This document shows positions 46,447 to 55,298 of a stretch of 64,000 bases of DNA, piece by piece. Positions within the stretch are counted from its first letter, which is position 1. Every line of letters starts with the position of its first letter. Below the pieces are notes generated by a model. That model saw nothing but the letters and a program-made list of their open reading frames with translations, did no database searches and was not told the origin of the DNA. Source of the DNA: Deltaproteobacteria bacterium (lineage in GTDB: Bacteria > Desulfobacterota > Syntrophia > Syntrophales > Smithellaceae); contig JAJFTS010000040.1 in NCBI GenBank assembly GCA_021372815.1, forward strand, positions 2,543 to 66,542, written 5' to 3'. The position numbers and the translations under genes were made by a program.

Positions 46447-47232
46447 TTATTTTTTTGTGCATTCGTACATCATAATCGCCGCCGCCTGCGGCAAACTCAG
46501 GGAATCTATCCTGCCGCTGCCGGGGATACTCCATTTCTCATCGGCCATTTTCAGAATCGATTCCGGCAGGCCGTGGCTTTCACTGCCCAAAAGCAGGGCG
46601 GCCTTTTTCTGTACCGGGTGCGGAAGTTTTCCTTCCCGCACATCGGAACCGATCAGGAAAAAGCTTTTTTTGATTTCCGGCAGCGCGGCATTTAAATCAA
46701 TGTCGGGAATCATCGTCAAATGAAAAATACTGCCCATGGAAGCCCGTACGGCTTTCGGATTGGTGTAATCCGTCGAGTTGGTACTTAAAACAATGCTTTT
46801 AAATCCGAACCATTGCGCGCTGCGCACAAGCGCTCCGAGATTGAGAGGATTATTGATTTCGTGCAAGATCAAAACATTGCCTGCGCTTTTTGCAAGCCAT
46901 GAAGAAAAATCCGGCACAGGTTTCATGGCGACGACAGCCATGATGCCTTCCGGTTCCCTGTCCTGTCCGATTTTTTCCCATTGGGAGCGGGTGAGTTGAT
47001 AAACCGGAATATCTCCGGTGTCGGGAAGCGCGAGTTTCTCCCAATATTTTGTTTTTTCGGGCATGATGAGCAGTGCTTTAATCTGCCAGTCGCTGGCCAG
47101 AAGTTCTTCGACCACCTTGACGCCTTCGGCTAAAAACAATCCTTCCTCCTGCCGCATTTTCCCGTCGGCAAGCCTGGCCCATTTTTTCAGCTGGGTTTGT
47201 GAGGCACTGGGAAACCCGGTTTGCATAAACAT
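46447..47232 (-). CDS. TrmH/SpoU-family RNA 2'-O-methyltransferase
   Basis: SPOUT motifs NPLNLGALVRSA, LLLGSESHGL and SLSLPQAAAIMMYE. Confidence 0.88.
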   Translation of the reverse strand: MFMQTGFPSASQTQLKKWARLADGKMRQEEGLFLAEGVKVVEELLASDWQIKALLIMPEKTKYWEKLALPDTGDIPVYQLTRSQWEKIGQDREPEGIMAVVAMKPVPDFSSWLAKSAGNVLILHEINNPLNLGALVRSAQWFGFKSIVLSTNSTDYTNPKAVRASMGSIFHLTMIPDIDLNAALPEIKKSFFLIGSDVREGKLPHPVQKKAALLLGSESHGLPESILKMADEKWSIPGSGRIDSLSLPQAAAIMMYECTKK

Positions 47233-47233
47233 A

Positions 47234-48178
47234 TTACTCCTTCGTTGTTATATGAGGAATATCTTCATACTTGTTATCCGGCCAGATGATGGATGCTATA
47301 ACCGATATCACAAGAATGGAGGAGATGACAATCAGGGAAGCTCCGACCGGCACGTGAAAAAAATCTGCAATGAGCATTTTCACGCCGACAAAACTCAGGA
47401 TTGCCGCAAGACCATAATGGAGCAGATGAAACAATTTCATTAAACCGGAAATCGCGAAAAATAACGAGCGCAAACCGAGAATGGCAAACACGTTGGAGGT
47501 GTAAACAATAAAAGGATCTTTGGAAATGGCCAGCACCGCGGGGATAGAATCGACCGCGAACAGGATGTCGGTGGTTTCCAGCGCCAGCAGCACGGCCAGC
47601 ATGGGGGTGGCAAATCGTCTGCTGTTTTTCACGATAAAAAACTTCGCTTCCTGAAATTCTTTTGTCACGGGAATGAAAAAACGCAGTATTTTGATGGCGA
47701 TATTCTTGTCGGGATGAACTTCCGTCTCTTTGTTTAACGCCATTTTAACGCCGGTAAAAATCAGGAAAACTCCGAAAACATACATGACCCAGCTGAACGC
47801 ATTGAGCAGCGCGACGCCGGCAAAGATAAATACACCGCGGGTAATTAATGCCAGCAGTATTCCCCAGAACAGCGCCTTGTGTTCATAAGCATGGGGTACG
47901 CTGAAAAACCTGAATATCAGCATGAACACGAAAAGATTGTCTATGCTCAAAGAGTATTCAATCAGATACGCGGCAAAAAACTCCATCGCCTTGGAATGAC
48001 CGTCACTGTGAAGAAAGTAAATACCCGTACAGAACAAAAGCGCCAGCGTGACCCAGAAGGCCGTCCAAAGCAGGGATTCCTTCATTTTGATGACATGAAC
48101 CTTGCGATTGAAAACGCCGAGGTCGAGAGCGAGCATCGCGAAAATGAAAACACCGAAAAATATCCACCACAGGGTCAT
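47234..48178 (-). CDS. TerC-family integral membrane protein
   Basis: 314 aa, ~9 TM. Motifs EYSLSIDNLFVF and ETTDILFAVDSIPAV. Confidence 0.9.
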   Translation of the reverse strand: MTLWWIFFGVFIFAMLALDLGVFNRKVHVIKMKESLLWTAFWVTLALLFCTGIYFLHSDGHSKAMEFFAAYLIEYSLSIDNLFVFMLIFRFFSVPHAYEHKALFWGILLALITRGVFIFAGVALLNAFSWVMYVFGVFLIFTGVKMALNKETEVHPDKNIAIKILRFFIPVTKEFQEAKFFIVKNSRRFATPMLAVLLALETTDILFAVDSIPAVLAISKDPFIVYTSNVFAILGLRSLFFAISGLMKLFHLLHYGLAAILSFVGVKMLIADFFHVPVGASLIVISSILVISVIASIIWPDNKYEDIPHITTKE

Positions 48179-48258
48179 TGCTTTAATCCTTTTATTTTCA
48201 AATCATCATCCGACTTTCCGGTAAGGAAGGTCTTCAATATTTAAGATACCTTGTTAAA

Positions 48259-49092
48259 TTATTTTGCCCGAACAAAAACCTGCCTGCGCCAGAAAATAAT
48301 GATGATTCCGGCCGCCATCATCAGCGCGCAAAGAACCTGCCCGATGCTGATCGGTCCGACCATAAAATCAGGTTCCCGGAAGAATTCCATCAGGAAGCGG
48401 ACAAAACCGTAGCCGAAAATATACAGGCCCAGAAGCCAGCCGTCGCCGTATTTCTTTTTTTTCATGAGCCATAAAACAACAAAAAGAAAAATCCCCTCGA
48501 GGAAGGCTTCGTAAAGCTGGGAAGGGTGGCGCAGACTGTGCGTCTGATCCAGAGGAAAATACATGCCCCAGGGCATTGTGGTTATCCGGCCGAAAAGTTC
48601 GCCGTTGGTAAAATTCCCGATGCGTCCGAAAGTGTAACCCAGCGGTATTGACGGCACGATCAAATCGGCAAATTTCCAGAAATTTATTTTTCTTTTGCGC
48701 AGGAAAAAGACAGACACCAAAACAACTCCGATGACGCCGCCGTGATAGGACATGCCGCTGATGCCGGTAAACCGGATGCCGTTGGAGAAACTAAAAGGTA
48801 AAAATATTTCCAGCGGATGATGAATAAAATAGCCGAAATTGTAAATGAGCACCTCGCCGAGCCGCGCGCCCAGTATCACGCCGAGCATCGCCCAAATAAG
48901 ATAGTCCTGGATGATTTCGGCTGAGTATTCGTATTTTTCATTTTTGATCCGGTAGAGAGTCAGAAAATAGGCAATGGCAAAACCGACAATATACATCAGA
49001 CTATAATAACGCAACTGAAACGAGCCGATGCTGAAAAGAGAGGGACTGATATGAAAAGGCAGCTGCTGCCAGGAGTTGATAAAAGATTCCAT
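48259..49092 (-). CDS. lgt: prolipoprotein diacylglyceryl transferase
   Basis: YYSLMYIVGF and FGRIGNFTNGELFGR signature. Confidence 0.93.
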   Translation of the reverse strand: MESFINSWQQLPFHISPSLFSIGSFQLRYYSLMYIVGFAIAYFLTLYRIKNEKYEYSAEIIQDYLIWAMLGVILGARLGEVLIYNFGYFIHHPLEIFLPFSFSNGIRFTGISGMSYHGGVIGVVLVSVFFLRKRKINFWKFADLIVPSIPLGYTFGRIGNFTNGELFGRITTMPWGMYFPLDQTHSLRHPSQLYEAFLEGIFLFVVLWLMKKKKYGDGWLLGLYIFGYGFVRFLMEFFREPDFMVGPISIGQVLCALMMAAGIIIIFWRRQVFVRAK

Positions 49093-49111
49093 AAATTATT
49101 TCATTTCCTTT

Positions 49112-49209
49112 TTGTCATTCCGTGCAAGCGAAGCGCGACACGGAATCCAGTTTTTCCGTATGTTATGGATACCGGCCTGCGTAACCTAAAGGTCATCTGC
49201 GACCGGTAT
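49112..49209 (+). repeat. two-module intercistronic hairpin repeat, copy B
   Basis: Module 1 is ATTCCGTG-caaGCGAAGCGCga-CACGGAAT (49117-49146). Module 2 is GCGTAACCTAAAGGTCATCTGCGAC (49179-49203), enclosed by ATACCGG/CCGGTAT (49169-49209). The leading TTGTCATTCC also occurs inverted at 46430-46439. Confidence 0.5.
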
Positions 49210-49280
49210 GACAGTTTTACCTGATTGCTGCATTTATTTAGATCACGTTATTACTATGCCGTAGCCGTTATGATGAATTC

Positions 49281-50243
49281 TCAATAGCTTTCGCCTTTCA
49301 GTTCATCAACGTACAGTTCGGCGCTATAGACGGCATTGGCTCCGTCTCCCGCGGCGGTGACCACCTGCCGGAATTGTTTGGCGCGGCAGTCGCCGGCGGC
49401 AAATATTCCGGCGGCGGATGTGCGCATGTTTTCATCTGTGATGATATAGCCGCCCGCGTCCATTTTCAAGATATCCCTGAAAATATCGGTATGCGGAACT
49501 CTGCCGACAAAGATAAAAACGCCTTCGGCTTCAATGTTTTCAATTTTTCCGGATTCAACATCCGCAACCTTGACGCCGGTAACGAATTGCTGCCCCGAGA
49601 CTTCGGCAAGTTTTGCCTTCCAGACAAATTCAATTTTCTTTTCCTCAAAAGCCCTTTTTTGCAGAATTTTAGAGGCGCGCAACCGATTGCGCCGATGAAT
49701 CACGGTGACCTTCCGGGCAAAATGAGTCAAGAACAAGGCTTCCTGAATGGCCGTATCGCCGCCGCCCACCACCACGACATCTTTATTCCGGTAAAACGGC
49801 CCGTCGCAGGTGGCGCAATACGATACTCCTCTTCCGGCAAATTCCTCTTCGCCGGGGACTCTCAGTTTGGTCCACTGTGCGCCGGTCGCGGCAATTACGC
49901 TGAGTGTTTTGTAGGTTTTATTTCCGACGGCCACATCCCAGACAACCTCAGCTGCGGCGTTTTTTCGGACGGATTCGACATCGCCGGTTATTATTTCCAG
50001 ACCAAAATTAAGCGCCTGTTTTTTAAAGAGCTGCATCAGGTCGAAACCGTTGATGCCTTCCGGAATTCCCGGATAATTTTCGATGACATCGGTAATGGTT
50101 ATCTGGCTGACCGTTGCCGCGCCTTCCACCAGAACTGTTTTCAGTCCGCTCCGGGCGGCATAAATGCCCGCGGTATAGCCGGCCGGTCCGCCGCCGATAA
50201 TAATTGTATCATAATCGTATTCGGGTAATTTTGCCTTGCTCAC
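49281..50243 (-). CDS. trxB: thioredoxin-disulfide reductase
   Basis: GGGPAGYTAG FAD motif and redox-active CATCDG. GTG start with a GGAGA SD. Confidence 0.95.
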   Translation of the reverse strand: MSKAKLPEYDYDTIIIGGGPAGYTAGIYAARSGLKTVLVEGAATVSQITITDVIENYPGIPEGINGFDLMQLFKKQALNFGLEIITGDVESVRKNAAAEVVWDVAVGNKTYKTLSVIAATGAQWTKLRVPGEEEFAGRGVSYCATCDGPFYRNKDVVVVGGGDTAIQEALFLTHFARKVTVIHRRNRLRASKILQKRAFEEKKIEFVWKAKLAEVSGQQFVTGVKVADVESGKIENIEAEGVFIFVGRVPHTDIFRDILKMDAGGYIITDENMRTSAAGIFAAGDCRAKQFRQVVTAAGDGANAVYSAELYVDELKGESY

Positions 50244-50363
50244 GAAAAATCTCCCTAAAGTAATAGCCGTACTTTAATCAATATAAACGTGTTTTGTAAA
50301 GCCTAAAATAAAGTTTATTGTTCCGTTCAATTGTGGTAATGGTTCCCTGTCGAAAGGGAAATT

Positions 50364-50663
50364 ATGGACAAACTTAAGGGATCACAAAAAAAATATCTGC
50401 GCGCGCAGGCGCATCATTTAAAACCGCTGGTGATTATCGGCGCCAAAGGCGTGACTCAAACGCTCATCGCTTCGGTCGATCTTGCCCTGAAGGATCACGA
50501 GCTCATCAAGGTAAAGTTCGGCGAATTCAAGGAATCTAAAAAAGAGATATCCGAGGAAATCGCGCAGACGACAAAAAGCGAACTTGTCGGTCTTATCGGC
50601 AACATCGCCATTTTCTACCGGCAAAACCCCGCCCCGGAAAAAAGAAAAATTATAATACCGTAG
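50364..50663 (+). CDS. yhbY: YhbY/CRM-domain RNA-binding ribosome-assembly protein
   Basis: LRAQAHHLKPLVIIGAKGVT...ELIKVKF pattern, 99 aa. Confidence 0.88.
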   Translation: MDKLKGSQKKYLRAQAHHLKPLVIIGAKGVTQTLIASVDLALKDHELIKVKFGEFKESKKEISEEIAQTTKSELVGLIGNIAIFYRQNPAPEKRKIIIP

Positions 50664-50693
50664 AGACGATCTTAATTAGATCGCCTTTCTTTT

Positions 50694-52454
50694 TTACTTG
50701 GATCCCGGCCAGTCGATTTTATGAACAGCCAGATAGCGTTCCACGGCCTGTTCAATTGTCGGGAAGAAATTATCCACACCGAGTCTTGTGAATAGGCCGT
50801 ATCGTTTGAGCATATCTTTGACCGGTCCTTTCATTTCGGCAAAGAATAAATCCATTCCCGCCTGATGCAAAGCGTTGTCCAGCTCGGCCAGCACATCCGC
50901 CGCAGTCGTATCGACGTCTGTCATCGGTTCAGCCGTTACGACGACCCATCGGGTCGGTGTCGGAGCATGGGCCACAGCGCGCAGAAGCTGTTCGCGAAAG
51001 GTTTCCGCGTTGGCGAAAAACAGCGGTGCGTCCCAGCGGAAGAGCACCAGTCCCGGAATCAGTCTGGCTTCGGGATGACGGGAAATGTCATGATAGCTGT
51101 TTAGTCCTTCCACATGACCGAGTACTGCATCATAGGGGTGCCACGCCCGCCAGATAAAAGCCAGCAGCGCCAGAGCGATGGCAATAAAGATACCCTTGAT
51201 AACATCAAGAGATACCACACCCAGAAAACACGCGATGGAGAAAATGAACTCTTCCCGCCGCAGTTTGTAGAGACGCACGACAGGTCGAACTTCCACAAGA
51301 CTGATGCAGGCGCAGATAACGACAGCGCCCAGCGCGGCCTGGGGCAGATTCTGAAGCAGATTCGGCGCGAAAATCAAAAGAAGAGCGATACAGACGGCGC
51401 CGACCAAACCGGTGATTTGAGTTTTGGCTCCCGCCGATTCCGCCACCGGTGTGCGGGACGCGCTGCTGGTGACGGGAAAACCCTGGAAAAAGCCGGCGGC
51501 CATATTGGCGGCGCCCAGAGCGATGATTTCCTGATTGCTGTCCACTTCCTGACCGGCGCGCAGGGCAAAGGTTCGCGACAAAGTACTCATGTCGGCAAAG
51601 GATACCAGGGCGATGGCGACTGCTGCGGCAAACAAAGTGTTGAACTCGGCAAAAGAAAGAGCGGGAATTTGAAATTGAGGCAGTCCCTGCGGCAATGGTC
51701 CGACCACGGCGATTCCGGAAGTTACGGACAAGTCCAGTACAGAAGCGATGATCGTCGCTCCGGCTACGGCAATCAAAACACCGGGAATTTTGGGCGCCCA
51801 TCGTCTGAAGCCGAGAATTACTGCCAGACAGGAAAGGCCGATGACACAGGCCGTCCAGTTTATTTGTCCATTCCAGATGCCCTGTATCAGACCGTTTGTT
51901 TCCTGCAAAAAGTTGCTGCCGCTTACGGAAAAACCGAAAACCTTCGGCAGTTGGCCGATTAAAACCGTGAGCGCGATGCCGTTGAGGTAGCCGATGCGGA
52001 TCGGCTTGGCTAGAAGATCGGTGATAAACCCGAATTTAACAAGACCGGCCAGAATGCACAATGCGCCCGTGAGGATGGCCAGCATTCCGGCCAGCGCTAT
52101 GGCTTTGTCGGTATTGCCGGCGGCCAGGGGTAGAATTGTCGCGGCGATGAGTCCGGCCAATGCCGAATCCGGTCCCAGAACCAGAATTTTGCTGGGTCCG
52201 AACACGGCGTAAGCGATCAGCGGAATGATCGTGGCGTACAGACCGTAAATGGCGGGCAACCCCGAGGCTGCCGCGTAAGCCATACCCACCGGGACGAGAA
52301 TCGCTGTCAGCACCAGCCCGGCAGTAATATCATGGATCAGCCATTCACGTTTGTAATCTCTCAGTGTCTGGATGATGGGAATCCAGCGGGGCAGGCCGCG
52401 GGGGCGGGCACGGAGAGCAAAAGGTTTAGCCGAAGGATTTTTTGTTTCTTCCAA
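50694..52454 (-). CDS. SulP-family anion transporter with C-terminal STAS domain
   Basis: 586 aa. Multi-TM core followed by a STAS-like domain (LVLFRWDAPLFFANAE...). Confidence 0.93.
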   Translation of the reverse strand: MEETKNPSAKPFALRARPRGLPRWIPIIQTLRDYKREWLIHDITAGLVLTAILVPVGMAYAAASGLPAIYGLYATIIPLIAYAVFGPSKILVLGPDSALAGLIAATILPLAAGNTDKAIALAGMLAILTGALCILAGLVKFGFITDLLAKPIRIGYLNGIALTVLIGQLPKVFGFSVSGSNFLQETNGLIQGIWNGQINWTACVIGLSCLAVILGFRRWAPKIPGVLIAVAGATIIASVLDLSVTSGIAVVGPLPQGLPQFQIPALSFAEFNTLFAAAVAIALVSFADMSTLSRTFALRAGQEVDSNQEIIALGAANMAAGFFQGFPVTSSASRTPVAESAGAKTQITGLVGAVCIALLLIFAPNLLQNLPQAALGAVVICACISLVEVRPVVRLYKLRREEFIFSIACFLGVVSLDVIKGIFIAIALALLAFIWRAWHPYDAVLGHVEGLNSYHDISRHPEARLIPGLVLFRWDAPLFFANAETFREQLLRAVAHAPTPTRWVVVTAEPMTDVDTTAADVLAELDNALHQAGMDLFFAEMKGPVKDMLKRYGLFTRLGVDNFFPTIEQAVERYLAVHKIDWPGSK

Positions 52455-52593
52455 AAATGCGCCTCGTGAAATTGATAATTACTGCCGCCAAGCCTGACGC
52501 TTGATTATTTATCCGATGTGCTTTAAAAAATAAAGCGCTTTTCTTAAGATGTTGAAAAGCCGCGGCAACCTTGTTTTTAAAGGAGGATGTTTT

Positions 52594-52929
52594 ATGCTGT
52601 TCAAAGCCTTGATCACGATTCTGATTTGCGATGCTGTTTTCGCGATTATTGCTATTCCGTTGATGCTGCGCAAAGTGCCGCGGAATGTCGTCTACGGTTT
52701 TCGCATTAAAGCGACGCTGGAAAATGACTTTGTCTGGTTTGAAGCCAATGCCTATTTCGGAAGGCTCTTATTAATCGGCAGTTTCGTTTCCGCGCTGCTG
52801 ATCATATTTCTTTATTTTTTCGATATTGTTTCCGTGCAGAATTTTCTGAATGCGAGTATTGCGGTTCTGGTCGTTCCTTCGCTGGCGGCGGTAATTTTAA
52901 CGCTGCGCTTTATAAAATCAATCAGTTGA
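52594..52929 (+). CDS. SdpI/YhfL-like small membrane protein
   Basis: AGGAGG 7 nt before ATG 52594. 3-4 TM with the motif PRNVVYGFRIKAT. Confidence 0.65.
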   Translation: MLFKALITILICDAVFAIIAIPLMLRKVPRNVVYGFRIKATLENDFVWFEANAYFGRLLLIGSFVSALLIIFLYFFDIVSVQNFLNASIAVLVVPSLAAVILTLRFIKSIS

Positions 52930-52941
52930 TCGAATTTATGG

Positions 52942-53610
52942 TTAAGGTTCGAACTTGTATCCGACGCTGTAAACGGAATGGATTAATGTCGTTTGAGGGT
53001 CAACAGTTTCTATTTTTCTGCGCAATTTTTTTATGTGACTGTCTATGGTGCGATCGTTCACAAAGCGTTCTTCACGGTAAATTTTTTCCATGATTTGTTG
53101 ACGGCTGAAAATTCGGGAGGGATTCTCAACAAGGAGTTTCAACAGATTAAATTCCACGGCGGTCAATTCCAGGTCACAGCCATGAAGCGTTGCCCTGTAA
53201 GTATTTGCATCGAGAACTAAACCCTCAATCTGAACGGCTTGCCCGTCACGGGTTCGCCGCAGAACGGCTTTGACCCGGGCAACGACTTCGCGCGGACTGA
53301 ACGGTTTGCAGATATAGTCGTCCGCGCCGAGTTCCAGCCCCAGTAAGCGATCGATTTCTTCCACGCGGGCGGTAACCATGATAATCGGTACCCGCGAAAA
53401 AATCCGGATATTCCTGCAAATTTCCATGCCGTCGCGTCCCGGCAGCATGATATCCAGGATGATCAGGTCAGGTTTGTTTCCCCGCACCCAGGCTTCCACA
53501 TGCAGCCCGTCGGACAGCGTGAAAACATCAAAACCCGATGCTTTCAGATAGTCCGTAAGCAGCGCCGCCAGTTTTGGTTCGTCTTCGACGATAAGAATGG
53601 TTTCTTTCAT
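52942..53610 (-). CDS. OmpR/PhoB-family response regulator
   Basis: Receiver domain (LIVEDEP...DLIILDIMLPGRDG) plus a winged-helix trans_reg_C domain (LTAVEFNLLKLL...VYSVGYKF). ATGA overlap with the kinase gene. Confidence 0.93.
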   Translation of the reverse strand: MKETILIVEDEPKLAALLTDYLKASGFDVFTLSDGLHVEAWVRGNKPDLIILDIMLPGRDGMEICRNIRIFSRVPIIMVTARVEEIDRLLGLELGADDYICKPFSPREVVARVKAVLRRTRDGQAVQIEGLVLDANTYRATLHGCDLELTAVEFNLLKLLVENPSRIFSRQQIMEKIYREERFVNDRTIDSHIKKLRRKIETVDPQTTLIHSVYSVGYKFEP

Positions 53611-55052
53611 TGATGCTCTCCCGACAATGGTATGCCGATTCGAATCAGCAGTCCTCCCAGCGGGGATGGATGCGCGGATATTACTCCTTCATGAGCTTCA
53701 ACAATTTTCCTGCTGATCGACAAACCAAGGCCGGCTCCTCCCGACTCTCGGCTGCGCGATTCTTCCACGCGATAAAAGCGATCGAACAGCCTTTCCAGCC
53801 CTTCAGGGGAAACTCCGGGCGGGGAATCCTGAAATTTAATCATGATAAAACCGCCGGTGATTTTTGCTTCGATTTCCAGCACGCCTCGGGCATCGGTGTA
53901 TCTCAGGGAATTTTCCAGCAAGTTCGCAAAAAGCTGCCGGAGTCTTTCTTTGTCGGCAAAACAGACAGCCTTTGTACGGTTATCAATTTTTTCTTTGAGA
54001 GCGATGCCTTTGCGGTCAAACTCCGCGCGGTAAGATTCTATGGAATTCCGGAGCGCTTCCACAGGATCGAGATTTTCCTTATGATAGTTTAACGCGCCGA
54101 GGTCGGACAGGGAAAGCTGATAGAGGTCTTCCACCAGACGTTTCAGACGCAATGTTTCCGCATGAAGAGAGCGGATTGTCCCCGGCGTGACGTTGCGGAT
54201 GCCGTCCAGAAGCGCTTCGATTTCTCCCTGCAGGACCGCGACCGGCGTGCGCAGTTCGTGAGAAATATCGGCAACCCATTGACGCCGCTCTTTCTCGTGT
54301 TTTTCCAGAGTCAGCGCCATGGTGTTAAAGTCACGTGCCAATTGACCCAACTCATCCGTAGAGGATACGGGAACGCGTGTAGTGAATTTACCGGAGGCAA
54401 TGTCGTGAGTGGCCGCCGCCATTGCCCGAATCGGTTTGACTATCCTCCGGGCAAGCGGAAATGAAAGAAGAATAACAATTAAAACCACGCCTAGTGCGCC
54501 CAAAACAAGCGCAAGCTTCTGCCGGCTGAGGAAATTGGCCTGCATGGGACGGGGAAAGTGCTTTGGCGATAAAATGCCAACATAACCAACAATGCTGCCG
54601 CGGATAACAATCGGCTGTAAATTTATCTCCTCGTTTGGCGGATAAGAACCATAAACCGGTTTTTTATCAACATTTAAAATGACGAAGGGATTGGGGGGGA
54701 CAGGGGGACGACTTTCGTTAAACCGCAGCCCCACCGAGGGATTATGATCCGGTCCTTTTTTATCCGGAGGAGGCAGGGGCGGGCGATTCATCTGAGGTTC
54801 AGGAAATGGCATTGCATCATCCGGAGTCCAGCGCGGAGGTGCATACTTCAGAAAATTCCAGTTTCCCTGTTGTTCATACTTTTTTCCCAAATCTCCTGCA
54901 ACCTGCGCTAACTTTTTCTGCTCAATGGTTCCCAGATACTGATAAAATCCCCGATTAATATTCCACCACATAATCAGTAAAAAGAAAAGAATTGCCAGAC
55001 CGGTAGCGCACAGAATTAAGAAAAACAGGCGGTAAGTGATTCCCATTTTCAT
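53607..55052 (-). CDS. sensor histidine kinase (2 TM, Pro-rich periplasmic loop, HAMP, HisKA, HATPase_c)
   Basis: H-box SHELRTPV. N/G boxes LENSLRYT and GGAGLGLSI. Start taken at ATG 55052 (GAGGTG upstream). Confidence 0.9.
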   Translation of the reverse strand: MKMGITYRLFFLILCATGLAILFFLLIMWWNINRGFYQYLGTIEQKKLAQVAGDLGKKYEQQGNWNFLKYAPPRWTPDDAMPFPEPQMNRPPLPPPDKKGPDHNPSVGLRFNESRPPVPPNPFVILNVDKKPVYGSYPPNEEINLQPIVIRGSIVGYVGILSPKHFPRPMQANFLSRQKLALVLGALGVVLIVILLSFPLARRIVKPIRAMAAATHDIASGKFTTRVPVSSTDELGQLARDFNTMALTLEKHEKERRQWVADISHELRTPVAVLQGEIEALLDGIRNVTPGTIRSLHAETLRLKRLVEDLYQLSLSDLGALNYHKENLDPVEALRNSIESYRAEFDRKGIALKEKIDNRTKAVCFADKERLRQLFANLLENSLRYTDARGVLEIEAKITGGFIMIKFQDSPPGVSPEGLERLFDRFYRVEESRSRESGGAGLGLSISRKIVEAHEGVISAHPSPLGGLLIRIGIPLSGEHQ

Positions 55053-55225
55053 TGTTTCATTACACCTCAGTGCCAGTTTATTTGCATAGCGTTGGGGCGT
55101 CAAGATTAAAAAAATCATTTCCGGAAATCGAATTAGAGAAAATCCCTCCGCCGGAATTAAATGTTCATTTGTAATTAACCGTTTACCCTGTTGATGACCA
55201 TCTGGAACATAAATATAATTGTTTA

Positions 55226-55262
55226 AAATTTCCTCATTTCTTCCATATTTGCCTGCTATAAT
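55226..55262 (+). promoter_or_regulatory. promoter box P1: two 11-bp direct repeats abutting a TATAAT -10
   Basis: TTCCTCATTTC (55230-55240) and TTCCATATTTG (55241-55251), then TATAAT at 55257-55262. The 25-nt core is identical to 57202-57226. Confidence 0.5.
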
Positions 55263-55298
55263 TCATTCAACTTACTGATTTCAGCTGGAGGTGAAGCA

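Noticed and set aside
48179-48258. Looked for a yybP-ykoY (Mn2+) riboswitch upstream of the TerC-family gene.
   Set aside because: - The spacer is only 80 nt.
- It lacks the conserved GGGGAGUAG and UUGACA-type cores.
- terC appears co-transcribed with lgt.
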